Positions 9,340 to 18,362 of a DNA stretch of 32,000 nt are shown here, in pieces. Position numbers and translations under genes: made by a program. The notes under the pieces were generated by a model. It worked only from the letters and a program-made list of their open reading frames with translations. It had not been told where the DNA came from and made no database searches. The stretch is from Edaphobacter aggregans (lineage in GTDB: Bacteria; Acidobacteriota; Terriglobia; Terriglobales; Acidobacteriaceae): the NCBI RefSeq assembly GCF_003945235.1, contig NZ_RSDW01000001.1:5490001-5522000 (forward strand), given 5' to 3'. Position 1 is the stretch's first letter. Every line of letters starts with the position of its first letter.

Positions 9340-9968
9340 AACCCGCGACCGTTCCGACCGTGTTCATCATCGATGATGATCGTGGCATGCGACAAGCCGT
9401 CCAGGATCTCGTCGAGTCAGTTGGTCTCCGTGCCGAGTCGTTTGGAACGGGTCAGGAATTCCTGAGCAGGCAACCCAGCTCTGATCCGAGTTGCCTGGTT
9501 CTGGATGTAAGACTTCCTCAGATGAGTGGACTCGATTTCCAGCGCTGGCTTACCGAGATTGGTATGCAAATACCTATCATCTTTATTACGGCTCACGGAG
9601 ACGTTCCTATGTCCGTCAGGGCGCTGAAATCGGGTGCTGTGGAATTTCTGACGAAGCCTTTTCGGGACCAGGATCTGCTGGACGCGATTCAGCAGGCTCT
9701 CCAACGTGACCGTGCGGCGCGAGAACAGCAGGCGGAAGTCAACGAACTGCATGGAAGGCATCAGGCCCTGACCGCGCGGGAGCGGCAGGTCATGGGACTC
9801 GTAGTCTCTGGAATGCAGAATAAGCAGATTGCCTCAGAAATCGGGGTCAGCGAAGCTACTGTAAAGATTCATCGAGGCAATGTAATGCAGAAGATGCAGG
9901 CGGAGTCGCTAATTGAATTGGTCCGCATTACCGACAAACTCAAACTTGTCCTTCCCAAATTGCGTTGA
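9336..9968 (+). CDS. FixJ/NarL-type response regulator (REC + LuxR HTH)
   Basis: Receiver motifs IIDDD, LVLDVRLPQMSG and LTKP, plus the C-terminal LuxR HTH LTARERQVMGLVVSGMQNKQIASEIGVSEATVKIHR. The ATG at 9336 overlaps the kinase TGA (ATGA). The track start at 9264 adds 24 non-homologous residues. Confidence 0.9.
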   Translation: MKPATVPTVFIIDDDRGMRQAVQDLVESVGLRAESFGTGQEFLSRQPSSDPSCLVLDVRLPQMSGLDFQRWLTEIGMQIPIIFITAHGDVPMSVRALKSGAVEFLTKPFRDQDLLDAIQQALQRDRAAREQQAEVNELHGRHQALTARERQVMGLVVSGMQNKQIASEIGVSEATVKIHRGNVMQKMQAESLIELVRITDKLKLVLPKLR

Positions 9969-10019
9969 GTTGTCTCTGTAGACAGACTGCCATATCCGTC
10001 CTCCTCCAGTTCTAATCGA

Positions 10020-10043
10020 CTACCACTCGAGGAGTAGTTTTTT
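10020..10043 (+). terminator. Weak hairpin followed by a T6 run between the two response-regulator genes
   Basis: The sequence reads ctaccACTCgagGAGTag then TTTTTT (10038-10043). The stem is short and imperfect, so this is only a candidate. A direct repeat cgactac flanks it. Confidence 0.3.
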
Positions 10044-10093
10044 CGACTACGATCCGATTGCGCTGCCTTTGTGGAGAGGGTTATCTTTCGCCC

Positions 10094-10753
10094 ATGAAGA
10101 TCGAGCACACCTCAAGCCTTCTGGCAATCCTCGATGATGACAAGTCGATTCAAAGCGCACTGCGAGACCTGATCGAATCGGAGGGGATGTCCACGCTCTG
10201 CTTCGACTCCGCAGAGCAGTTTCTGGATTCCGGAGCCAAGCACAAGGCCGCATGCTTGATTGCCGACGTTCGCATGCCAGGCATGTCTGGTATTGAGCTG
10301 CAAGCGAATCTCAAGACCGAACGATGCCGCATACCGATCATCTTCATCACAGGGCGCGGCGACATTCCATTAGCAGTAACCGCGATGAAGGAAGGTGCGA
10401 GTGACTTCCTCACGAAACCTGTGGATGGAGCCGCGCTGCTTTGTTCGGTTGAACGAGCGTTGCAGCAGAATCTCGCCAGCCGTCGAAAAGCTACCGAACG
10501 TGCCAGCTTAGTTGCCCGATTTGAATCTTTGACACCCAGAGAACGAGAGGTGCTGCCGCTGTTGGCTAGCGGTCTACTAAACAAACAAGTGGCATTTGAG
10601 TTGGGAATCACGGAGTGGACCGTTCAATTGCATCGAGGGCATATTATGAGAAAGATGCAAGCCGACTCTTTTGCAGGCTTAGTCAGAATGGCGGCCAAAC
10701 TCAGCTCTGATCATCAACAGCACCTCCACGTACAATTCGCGGTCTCTTCTTAG
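10094..10753 (+). CDS. Second FixJ/NarL-type response regulator (paralogue of the upstream one)
   Basis: ILDDD, LIADVRMPGMSG, LTKP, and the LuxR HTH LTPREREVLPLLASGLLNKQVAFELGITEWTVQLHR. I prefer the ATG at 10094 (MKIEHTSS) over the track start at 10058. Confidence 0.88.
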   Translation: MKIEHTSSLLAILDDDKSIQSALRDLIESEGMSTLCFDSAEQFLDSGAKHKAACLIADVRMPGMSGIELQANLKTERCRIPIIFITGRGDIPLAVTAMKEGASDFLTKPVDGAALLCSVERALQQNLASRRKATERASLVARFESLTPREREVLPLLASGLLNKQVAFELGITEWTVQLHRGHIMRKMQADSFAGLVRMAAKLSSDHQQHLHVQFAVSS

Positions 10754-10858
10754 GGCGACATAGCTATCGGAGATAGCCGCGAGCTGATCCGCACTCGCTA
10801 AGGTTATCCGATGCCTGCACCAGGCTTCCGCGCTGATCGCTCTTGGGCGACTCCCATA

Positions 10859-11362
10859 TCAATCAGCGTGATAGTTCTTGTTTTGGACGATGGCATACAC
10901 ACGGTTATCCGGAGCCCTGAAGAACTGGTAAGCGTAGTCACTGCCATCGGCGCCAGCTTTCGGCAACACTTTCAGCTCACCAAGCAGAACACCCCCCGAC
11001 TTTTGAATGGCTTTCAGCGTCGTCGCGATGTCGCCGGTCAAAAAGCCGACTGCTAAACCACCCTGGCCATGGCGCCAGAAGTTATCTGGAGACCCGGGGC
11101 CGTAAATTTCAAATAAGGAGCCATTCGCTGCGACTAGAACGGCGAAATTGGGCCGATCAACTACCGCGCGCATTCCGAGAGCGTTGACGGCCAAGTCCCG
11201 AAGGCCTTTGAATTGCTCTGCATCCACATCAACCCCGCTCCATTGCAGCTGTTGGGTCACTCCAGATGGAAGGCTGGCCAGTGAGTTGGTTTGTGCGATT
11301 GCGCCCGTTTTCACAAACATTGTTGCAACCATTGCTGCTACGAACAATGCCGATCTGTTCAT
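10859..11362 (-). CDS. Exported VOC (glyoxalase/bleomycin-resistance fold) family protein
   Basis: Signal peptide MNRSALFVAAMVATMFVKTGAIAQ. The C-terminal part (GLAVGFLTGDIATTLKAIQKSGGVLLGE...FFRAPDNRVYAIVQ) resembles a VOC beta-alpha-beta-beta-beta module. The family call is from memory of the fold signature. Confidence 0.6.
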   Translation of the reverse strand: MNRSALFVAAMVATMFVKTGAIAQTNSLASLPSGVTQQLQWSGVDVDAEQFKGLRDLAVNALGMRAVVDRPNFAVLVAANGSLFEIYGPGSPDNFWRHGQGGLAVGFLTGDIATTLKAIQKSGGVLLGELKVLPKAGADGSDYAYQFFRAPDNRVYAIVQNKNYHAD

Positions 11363-12031
11363 AGTTATTCCCTTCTATTATTAGCGCCTGACCTGTTGTT
11401 TCTCGTATCTGAATTATATGAGCGCTGAGCGAACTGCGGTCGGCGGCGCGAGGCACCGAAAGCCTGACTATGGCTAATAGGGTTCGAGTCTATGGTGGCA
11501 ACCTCGGCTGTGAATGAAGTTGCGACGGTATTTCTGTTCCGGGATTGTTTCGCATCTTCATTTTTGGTTTACTCCGATCGTTCTGTCGTAATACGGGAGC
11601 AGACTGTGACCAAGTCGCCGACTCATTTTCACATTGAAGTCAAGCGTTGACAGCCTGATATGCGCTTTGTCTCATGGCTTTGTTTTGTGGAAGTTGAAGC
11701 CGCTCCAGCAGTGTACTGTTGTGGTTTATAGGGTTGGGGCCTCCATGGAGGCAAACCGAACACCGCGGAGTTTATTCCCTCACGAAGAGAAATCTGCGTC
11801 GAGGATTATCGCCCGCTGGTAGCTGGAATCTCTGTATTTTCGTCGCCCGTAAATTTTCTGCCCCGCGGTGGGAATAATCCGTGCGCAACTTAGTTTGGTT
11901 AGGTACAGGACTTCCGACCTCAGACCGTAGTCTTCGATCGGTCTGTCACGGCTCTGAGATTTGAGGTCAACGGACAGCCAGCTTGGGTCCCGCACGCGCG
12001 CAGGCAGCTGGTGTCTTTCGGAGGAACGCAC

Positions 12032-13321
12032 ATGCTCAAGTCCCATTGGAGGAAGGTTCTGCTCTGTTCTTGCCTTTTCGCGACATTGATCGTGTTGGGT
12101 ACGGGACTCGCCACAGTCATAGCGAAATCACCAACTGAAGCGCCGGCCGGCTTCAACACTCCCAGCTTCAACGGTGCGCAAAGCGTCAGCAATGGAATCG
12201 TCGAGCCGTCGGGAGACACCTTTGCCAAGGATCAGGAAGTCTATGAGGAGAATCATTCCGTGCAAACCGGACTTGGCCCTGTATACAACGCAACTGCTTG
12301 CGTCAGTTGCCACGAAAATCCGAACAGTGGAGGAGCCAGCCAGTTCACAGAACTACGGGTGGGGCACAAGGATGAAAATGGCAATTTCGTTAACCCGACA
12401 ATCTTCATCAATGACGGAATGAACACCATTATCGGCAGGTCCATTGTCAACGATCGCGCCATCGGTCCGGAGGCCCAGGAGCACATACCTGCGACAGAAA
12501 ACATCCACGCATTGCGCGCCGCCCTCAACACCCTGGGGGATGGATTCGTGGAAGCCATTGACGACAGGACTCTGATCGCAATTGCTGAGCAACAGCCGGA
12601 GTTCAGCGAAGGTAGAGTTCACGGGGAAGTTGTGCAGGCTCCAATCTTTGAGGCTCCTGGACAGACCCGCGTCGGACGCTTCGGCTGGAAGGACCAGCAC
12701 AGCAGCTTGCTCTCCTTTATCGGGGATGCTTATCTCAACGAGATGGGAATCACGAACCGGCTGCGTCCTACCGACGTCACTACGGTTCTCAAAACCACGA
12801 AGGACCCGGAAGATCAGCCGGATGACCTTGGCCTGGCTGATATCGACCACTTTGCTCAGTTCATACGCGGCACAATGGTTCCCCCTCGAGACACAACGCT
12901 CGCCGCGACCCCTGCTGCCTTAAAAGGTGGAGAACTTTTCAGGCGCGTCGGTTGCAGTGTTTGTCACGTGGAATCCATTACCACGGCCCCTGTCGGGACG
13001 GTTATCGATGGTGGAATGTTTACCGTTCCAGAGGCGCTGGGGGATAAGATCATCCATCCCTTTGGTGATTTTTTGTTGCATGACATCGGAACCGGAGATG
13101 GGATTGTCCAGGTTGGCCCGCAGGACACGGCCAACAAACTACGGACTGCACCGCTTTGGGGATTGCGCACCAAACCCCGATTCATGCATGACCTTCGGTC
13201 ATTATCGCTTGAAGATGCGATCTCGCGTCACGATGGCGAAGCGCGCGAGCCTGCCAGGCGTTTTAGAGAATTGAGCCCCGAAGAAAGGCGGGCGCTGATT
13301 ACCTTCTTGAATTCTCTGTGA
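12032..13321 (+). CDS. Di-haem oxidoreductase (DUF1111 / putative peroxidase family)
   Basis: Two CxxCH motifs (CVSCH, CSVCH), the family-typical C-terminal block PLWGLRTKPRFMHDLRSLSLEDAISRHDGEA, and an N-terminal hydrophobic signal. I prefer the ATG at 12032 (GGAGGA 6 nt upstream) over the GTG at 12011. Confidence 0.85.
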   Translation: MLKSHWRKVLLCSCLFATLIVLGTGLATVIAKSPTEAPAGFNTPSFNGAQSVSNGIVEPSGDTFAKDQEVYEENHSVQTGLGPVYNATACVSCHENPNSGGASQFTELRVGHKDENGNFVNPTIFINDGMNTIIGRSIVNDRAIGPEAQEHIPATENIHALRAALNTLGDGFVEAIDDRTLIAIAEQQPEFSEGRVHGEVVQAPIFEAPGQTRVGRFGWKDQHSSLLSFIGDAYLNEMGITNRLRPTDVTTVLKTTKDPEDQPDDLGLADIDHFAQFIRGTMVPPRDTTLAATPAALKGGELFRRVGCSVCHVESITTAPVGTVIDGGMFTVPEALGDKIIHPFGDFLLHDIGTGDGIVQVGPQDTANKLRTAPLWGLRTKPRFMHDLRSLSLEDAISRHDGEAREPARRFRELSPEERRALITFLNSL

Positions 13322-13510
13322 AGGCAGTCACAAGTTATCAGCCCCCCGGCGGACTGCTTGGTTTTATGAATGAATGTTGCGGCCTGCGCACAACGGTGAG
13401 CCCATTACGGTCGCGGAAATCTTGTTGCGCGTCTGAGTGCACTAATGGGCGTGTGTCGCAATCCAGAGAACGTGCATTGTCCTTGAAATGGGTTGTTAGT
13501 GAGGTGCGAG

Positions 13511-13960
13511 ATGCGGTTTCTGACCACTGCCGTAGTCACATCCACCATTTCGTTGACTTGTGTCTACGCTGTCGCCTCGCGCTTAGACGAAAGCCCAACC
13601 GCTCTGGCTACGCTTCAGGCCAAAGCAGATCAAGTGCAGCCCAAAGACAGGTGCTTTCTTTATGCCGAACTCGTCAGCCAGCTGGTGGACCTGGCCGGCC
13701 AGCAGTTCAACTCCGGTGATTCCGGGCAGGCTTCGGAGACCCTCAAGCTGGTACAGATGTATGCAGAGAAGATCCATATGGGCGTCTCAGATGACAGCAA
13801 GAAACTAAGAAATGCCGAATTACTCATGCAGCGCACCTCCTTTCGTCTCGAAGGTATCCGCAGCAGAGCTTCATATGAAGACCGACCGGTTTTGGAGGTG
13901 ACGCTGAAGCAGCTGAATCAGGTTCAGACGCAGCTCATGATGCAGGTTTTCAAAAAGTAG
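13511..13960 (+). CDS. Hypothetical secreted helical protein
   Basis: The ATG at 13511 is preceded by GAGGTG. It has the signal-like N-terminus MRFLTTAVVTSTISLTCVYAVA. The rest is charged and helical with normal-looking composition. I recognise no family. Confidence 0.5.
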   Translation: MRFLTTAVVTSTISLTCVYAVASRLDESPTALATLQAKADQVQPKDRCFLYAELVSQLVDLAGQQFNSGDSGQASETLKLVQMYAEKIHMGVSDDSKKLRNAELLMQRTSFRLEGIRSRASYEDRPVLEVTLKQLNQVQTQLMMQVFKK

Positions 13961-14530
13961 AATGCTATTGAAACAACCTTCGTTCAAACGATATGCACGC
14001 GTACCGACATCGAAGACCGCAAGCGGGCTGAAGGCTATCTGGCAGAGGTCCACGATAAGACCAAGACGATGTTAAAAGAGGGCAGCATTGTTACGATACG
14101 GGCGAGAAAGCCAAAGCCAAAATCGGGTGGTTGTGTCGAATCAATACCCTTGGTTGTCAGATCGCAGTCGCTTGGACAAATCGCAAGAGACAGTCCATAT
14201 GGTCTGAACCAAAAGCGCCAATCCGATAACTTCGACCACCAGAAGATACTCGTCCATCACAATCACCCGTCTCAAAGCCTCTCCGCAGAGAAACAACACC
14301 GCAATTCATTATTGATACGATCCAGTCATTGGGCTCGGCAAATGAAGCGTCTTTTCCCACGGATGAGAACTTACATCCTTCGAAACCGTTCCTACTTTGC
14401 GTTGAATCAATCGCGTGACCTGTCGACCATCTGGACTAGCGAATTTGTGTGACGCGGCTGAGCAAGAGAATGACAGTTGCATCTCGGGTATGCAGCAGGT
14501 TCTCAACATCTAGGCGTGATTTGAAATTAA

Positions 14531-14562
14531 GGCCGAACGCTTCGGTTCAGAAGTGTTCGGCC
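14531..14562 (-). terminator. Candidate intrinsic terminator downstream of the TIGR03118-like gene
   Basis: ggccgaac-N16-gttcggcc is a perfect 8-bp stem, and an inner ccgaa/ttcgg alternative exists. It starts 14 nt past the stop at 14576 and is followed on the minus strand by TTAATTT. Confidence 0.5.
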
Positions 14563-14575
14563 AGGGGGAACGTCG

Positions 14576-16198
14576 CTACTGCACGGTGAGAGAAAACGTG
14601 GTCATATGGGTCACGGCGCCAGACGTCGCGGTAACTGTGACCGTTGAAGTGCCCGTGGCCACGGGAGCGGACGGAGTGGATGGGGTGGATGATGTCGTGG
14701 AAGCACTGCATCCCCCAAGCATCAGCATCATAGCTAGCAGAGGCAGAATTCCGCCGCAGATCATCAGATACTTCTGCCTGGTCTTTCGTTTTGTCCATAT
14801 CGGTAAAAGACCTGCTAATCCGAGGGGAAACAGGGCACTTACCCTCACCATTTGACTGAGGTGAGAACTTCCCCAGGAGGAGGCTAAATAACCAGTGGGT
14901 GGTTGGGCCGTCGAAGCGCTCGCAGATATTGTCAATGTGGTGCTAGCAGCCTGGCCTGGTGCAGGCGTTACCGAAGACGGAGAAAACTGAAAGGTGAAAC
15001 CAGTTGGCAATCCCGAGACGCTAAAGCTAACCGGCGCATTGAAACCATTGGTAGGAGCGACGCTGACTTGAATAGTACCTGCAACGCCTTGAGCAATTGT
15101 CAACGAGGGAGCCGACACAGCGAGTTGAAAATCCCCTGCGACGACCGGACTTGCTGCAGTTATGGACCCGAAGAGGCCACCCTTCTCATTGTTTACTCCA
15201 GCGGAGAAATACAAGGTACCGGCGTCGCCGGTTCCGTTCTGTCCAAACAGAATCTCCCACAGGCGGTCATTGGTTATCGGCTTTCCGGTTGCGTCCTGCA
15301 GTTGACCCTTCAACGCAAAGGTACTGGCATCGTAGGCGTTGATCGTGCCGTCTCCGAAATTCCCAACGAGAAGATCTCCACCGAAGGCCCCGAAGGAAGC
15401 TGGTGCGATTGCAACTCCCCAAGGCGCATTCAAATTCCCTCCTGAAATGGCTCTCTTGAGAAGATTGCCGCTCCCGTCGAAGATATTGATATATCCGGCA
15501 CCTGCTCCCGGAGTCGGAGGTCCGCCTCCCGCTGTCTGCAATGCATACATGACATACACCTGGCCGTTGAAGACGTGCACATTGAAGGGTGCGTATCCGG
15601 GGGGAAGTGTAGGATCCGAAAACTTCCCACTAAGGCTGGTTGGCGCAAACTTTGTATCGAAGACGTCAATGGTGTTTGCAGCGAGGTTGGCGGCGAGGAT
15701 GGAGTTTCCCGTGCTATTACTGTCGATCGCTAAACCGGTATACACGGCTCCTGAGGCTGAGTTGTTTACCATCACCTGGGCATCCGTTAGGCTGGAATTC
15801 CAGGCCGAAATGGTTCCGTCGAGGGCATCGAAAATGAACAACGCCGGCGATCCCTGATTTAGAACAAAGTCCGTCGTCGAGGAGTTGAAGGCGATACCAG
15901 TCGGAGTGCCGGTGTTTGTGCTTCCACCTGCTGTCGGAATCTTGACGACAAATTGCTTGTTGCCACCGCTATCGTATACCTCTGATAGGCCTGAGCCGGC
16001 GCTGTTGATCCAGAATGGTGTCTGTTGGCCGATGGCTACTCCCCACGGATTGATAAGAGTTTTGTCCGTTTGTTGGGCCGTTACTGAGCCATCGGAGATC
16101 AGGTTATTTTGCGTGTAACTATTGTTGGTCTGTGCATGAGCCAGTGCGGGTAACAATAGCGGAAAGATAAGGTACCGAATCCTTTGAAACATCCTCAT
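14576..16198 (-). CDS. Secreted TIGR03118-like beta-propeller protein with C-terminal Ig-like domain(s) and an unusual hydrophobic tail
   Basis: The start ATG at 16198 (MRMFQRIRYLIFPLLLPALAHAQ) has GGAGG 5 nt upstream. The mature N-terminus YTQNNLISDGSVTAQQTDKTLINPWGVAIG matches my memory of the TIGR03118 family. The 72 residues the track adds upstream have no signal or RBS logic. Confidence 0.8.
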   Translation of the reverse strand: MRMFQRIRYLIFPLLLPALAHAQTNNSYTQNNLISDGSVTAQQTDKTLINPWGVAIGQQTPFWINSAGSGLSEVYDSGGNKQFVVKIPTAGGSTNTGTPTGIAFNSSTTDFVLNQGSPALFIFDALDGTISAWNSSLTDAQVMVNNSASGAVYTGLAIDSNSTGNSILAANLAANTIDVFDTKFAPTSLSGKFSDPTLPPGYAPFNVHVFNGQVYVMYALQTAGGGPPTPGAGAGYINIFDGSGNLLKRAISGGNLNAPWGVAIAPASFGAFGGDLLVGNFGDGTINAYDASTFALKGQLQDATGKPITNDRLWEILFGQNGTGDAGTLYFSAGVNNEKGGLFGSITAASPVVAGDFQLAVSAPSLTIAQGVAGTIQVSVAPTNGFNAPVSFSVSGLPTGFTFQFSPSSVTPAPGQAASTTLTISASASTAQPPTGYLASSWGSSHLSQMVRVSALFPLGLAGLLPIWTKRKTRQKYLMICGGILPLLAMMLMLGGCSASTTSSTPSTPSAPVATGTSTVTVTATSGAVTHMTTFSLTVQ

Positions 16199-16665
16199 GT
16201 GAGCCTCCGTTGCGAGATAGGCTGCGACGGGTGAGTCGTCCATTGTCTCGACCAAATGCGCAGTTACTGCTGATAACGGAATTCGAACGAATTTATTCCA
16301 GCCGATCCCCGAGAACGGTCGATAAGCTGTCTCATGGCTGCATTTTTGAGGAGGTTTCGGAACGTAATGGATGTGGAAGCTTAGCAACAGGACATCGCTG
16401 TATTTAGGCACCAAGCTCAGCAGTCATCTGTCCGGCGATCAGTCGAGCGCGTAGAGCTCTGACTTACTGAAAGCCTCCTGACAGTCCGCTTACATTTAGT
16501 CCTTCGCACCACGCGGGCGGACTCTCTACAGAGAGGGTCACCATGAGCACCGGAAGCCCAGATTCTAATCAACGCAAAGCAAGAGGGAATCTTTGCACTG
16601 ACGCAAACAAGACATTTTTATGCCGGTAAAGCACTTCATCGACGAGCAGTCATCCAAAGGAATTC

Positions 16666-16839
16666 TCATGAATCTTGCTGGGATCCTTCCAGTGCCATCA
16701 TTGTTTTGGTAAGGATCTGTTCAGGAGATAATTGGCAATGGGAGAGCATCTCAACTGCGAGTATGAGAGTCGTCCGTTGCTTGCCGGAAAGCGCTTGCCA
16801 CATGTATTCCTGATTCGTCTGAAGTTCGTCGCGTGTCAT
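16666..16839 (-). CDS. Small hypothetical protein (57 aa)
   Basis: ATG at 16839 with a strong SD (GAGGAGGG, 7-nt spacer). The product is MTRDELQTNQEYMWQALSGKQRTTLILAVEMLSHCQLSPEQILTKTMMALEGSQQDS. No family recognised. The longer track ORF (to 17010) has an Arg-rich, implausible N-terminus. Confidence 0.35.
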   Translation of the reverse strand: MTRDELQTNQEYMWQALSGKQRTTLILAVEMLSHCQLSPEQILTKTMMALEGSQQDS

Positions 16840-17045
16840 GAATGTGCCCTCCTCAGGCGTGACTCCACTCAATCTGGCGACGATTGAGGGGAAGATGGCT
16901 GGCACTCGACATATGCAAGAAGCCATGGGCCATCTTCCAAGCCTTCGTTGACTCCAGACGTTAGAGCGTGCCGTCACCTGTCTCTTGCGCTCTCGCTGTA
17001 TACGATTCATTCAGCGGGTTGCCGCTGAAACGCGGAAAATCTCTC

Positions 17046-18362
17046 TTACTCGTCAAATTCGGGATTTAGCCTCGGGTGCAGAATGGTGAACAGAACAGAG
17101 TCTGCGACCTGCCAACCTAAACGCTTGCCGGCGATGTGATCAAAGCGAAAGTGCTGCCCAGCGTAAATTCGACTCAACCCTGCCTCCTCCGCCGCTTCTG
17201 AGAAGCTGGTAAAGTGACGCGTGACTCCTGCCAAAGACTCGGAAGTAACATCAAAAGTCATTCGGTCACCGAGATATAACCGCAACACCTCGGCTGCGGC
17301 CGTGCTGATAGCGCTGTGCGCACCCGGGTAGGAGGGGTCAGGAGCGGTCTTCGTCGGGAGTGGAAGCCAACTCGGATCTGGCTCGGTATTCGCATTGTTG
17401 TCGATAGCTGCCATTTGAATGGCCGTTACAGGCCGCCAGAGATTGTAAGTGTACTTTGCATCGAAAAAGGCGATTACTGTATCCGCGAGGCTAATGTTCA
17501 ACAAGGCAAACAAATGGGCACTGTGCGCCAGATCAAGGTGACGGTCCAAAGCTGCAGTCTGTGCAATCTCATTCCAGAAGTCCTGAATGTTGCCATTCCA
17601 GAACTGTCCGATCTGGGTTTGATCCGCTGTGCGAGCTGCGCTGTTGATGAATCCGAGACTTTTGACTTCGACAAAAGATTGGGTGTACCCGTCGCTATCC
17701 AACTCAGGTGGTGGACCGGGACGAAATTCGTTCGCATGTGCCAGCGCGAAGGGAGTGACGTTGGCCCATTGAATGAAATCCGCGGGAGCGAAGTTGGGAG
17801 GAGTCAGCTGATAACTTCCAGGCTGGGTTGTCGGCACAAAGGGAGGAAGAGTCACAGCTGATCCATCACCGCTTCGCAACGCCAGAATCGAGGCCGCAAC
17901 GGCTTCACCAATCTCGATACCATCGGCCTTGTCCCGCCCGTCGGGAATCTGCTCCAGATCCTGCTGCAGCTCAGAGTCGAGCGACGAGGCAAAAGAAGGG
18001 TAGATCGAAATCAGGACGTCATGGGCCGCCTGGTTTGCCGCAGCCTGGGGCGATGCTCTTCGCGAGACATGCGAGAGGCGTACTGCGTAAGGCTTGAAAG
18101 TTCCGTCGATGTTATTGACGGCGTCGAAGATGGCAGCGTGTAGTATGGCGAAGTTGCGAGTCGAGTGTATTGTGGGCGGTTGGGCGCCCGGGGTTCGTAC
18201 GATCGACAGAAGAGTCCTGTTCCATTCGATGACCGGGTTGATCGGCTTGGCCGAGGCGGCTGGATGATCGTCGTCATTTGCTTCGGTGACGTTGGCGAGG
18301 ACGGTTACGGGACTCCAGAGACCGAAACATAGAAGGGCAAGCGCGAATAGTATTTTTGCCAT
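17046..18362 (-). CDS. PAP2-superfamily, vanadium-dependent-haloperoxidase-like protein (secreted)
   Basis: The signal peptide MAKILFALALLCFGLWSPVTVLA starts at the ATG at 18362. All three PAP2/VHPO motifs are present: KYTYNLWRP (Kx6RP), YPGAHS (PSGH-like) and SRIYAGQHFRFD (SRx5Hx3D). Confidence 0.85.
   Translation of the reverse strand: MAKILFALALLCFGLWSPVTVLANVTEANDDDHPAASAKPINPVIEWNRTLLSIVRTPGAQPPTIHSTRNFAILHAAIFDAVNNIDGTFKPYAVRLSHVSRRASPQAAANQAAHDVLISIYPSFASSLDSELQQDLEQIPDGRDKADGIEIGEAVAASILALRSGDGSAVTLPPFVPTTQPGSYQLTPPNFAPADFIQWANVTPFALAHANEFRPGPPPELDSDGYTQSFVEVKSLGFINSAARTADQTQIGQFWNGNIQDFWNEIAQTAALDRHLDLAHSAHLFALLNISLADTVIAFFDAKYTYNLWRPVTAIQMAAIDNNANTEPDPSWLPLPTKTAPDPSYPGAHSAISTAAAEVLRLYLGDRMTFDVTSESLAGVTRHFTSFSEAAEEAGLSRIYAGQHFRFDHIAGKRLGWQVADSVLFTILHPRLNPEFDE

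Noticed and set aside
13318-13719. ORF 13318..13719(+), 133 aa, overlapping the end of the di-haem gene and the start of the small secreted-protein gene.
   Set aside because: The product is Arg/Ser/Cys-rich with an implausible composition and no RBS. It overlaps a better-supported ORF in another frame.
16199-16414. N-terminal extensions suggested by the ORF track: 14576..16414, 20944..22038, 17046..18437, 9264.., 10058.., 2650.., 12011.., 20951.
   Set aside because: In each case an internal ATG with a good Shine-Dalgarno sequence starts exactly at a signal peptide or domain boundary. Two of these ATGs overlap the upstream stop as ATGA. The extra residues look non-coding, and one track start is a TTG without an RBS.
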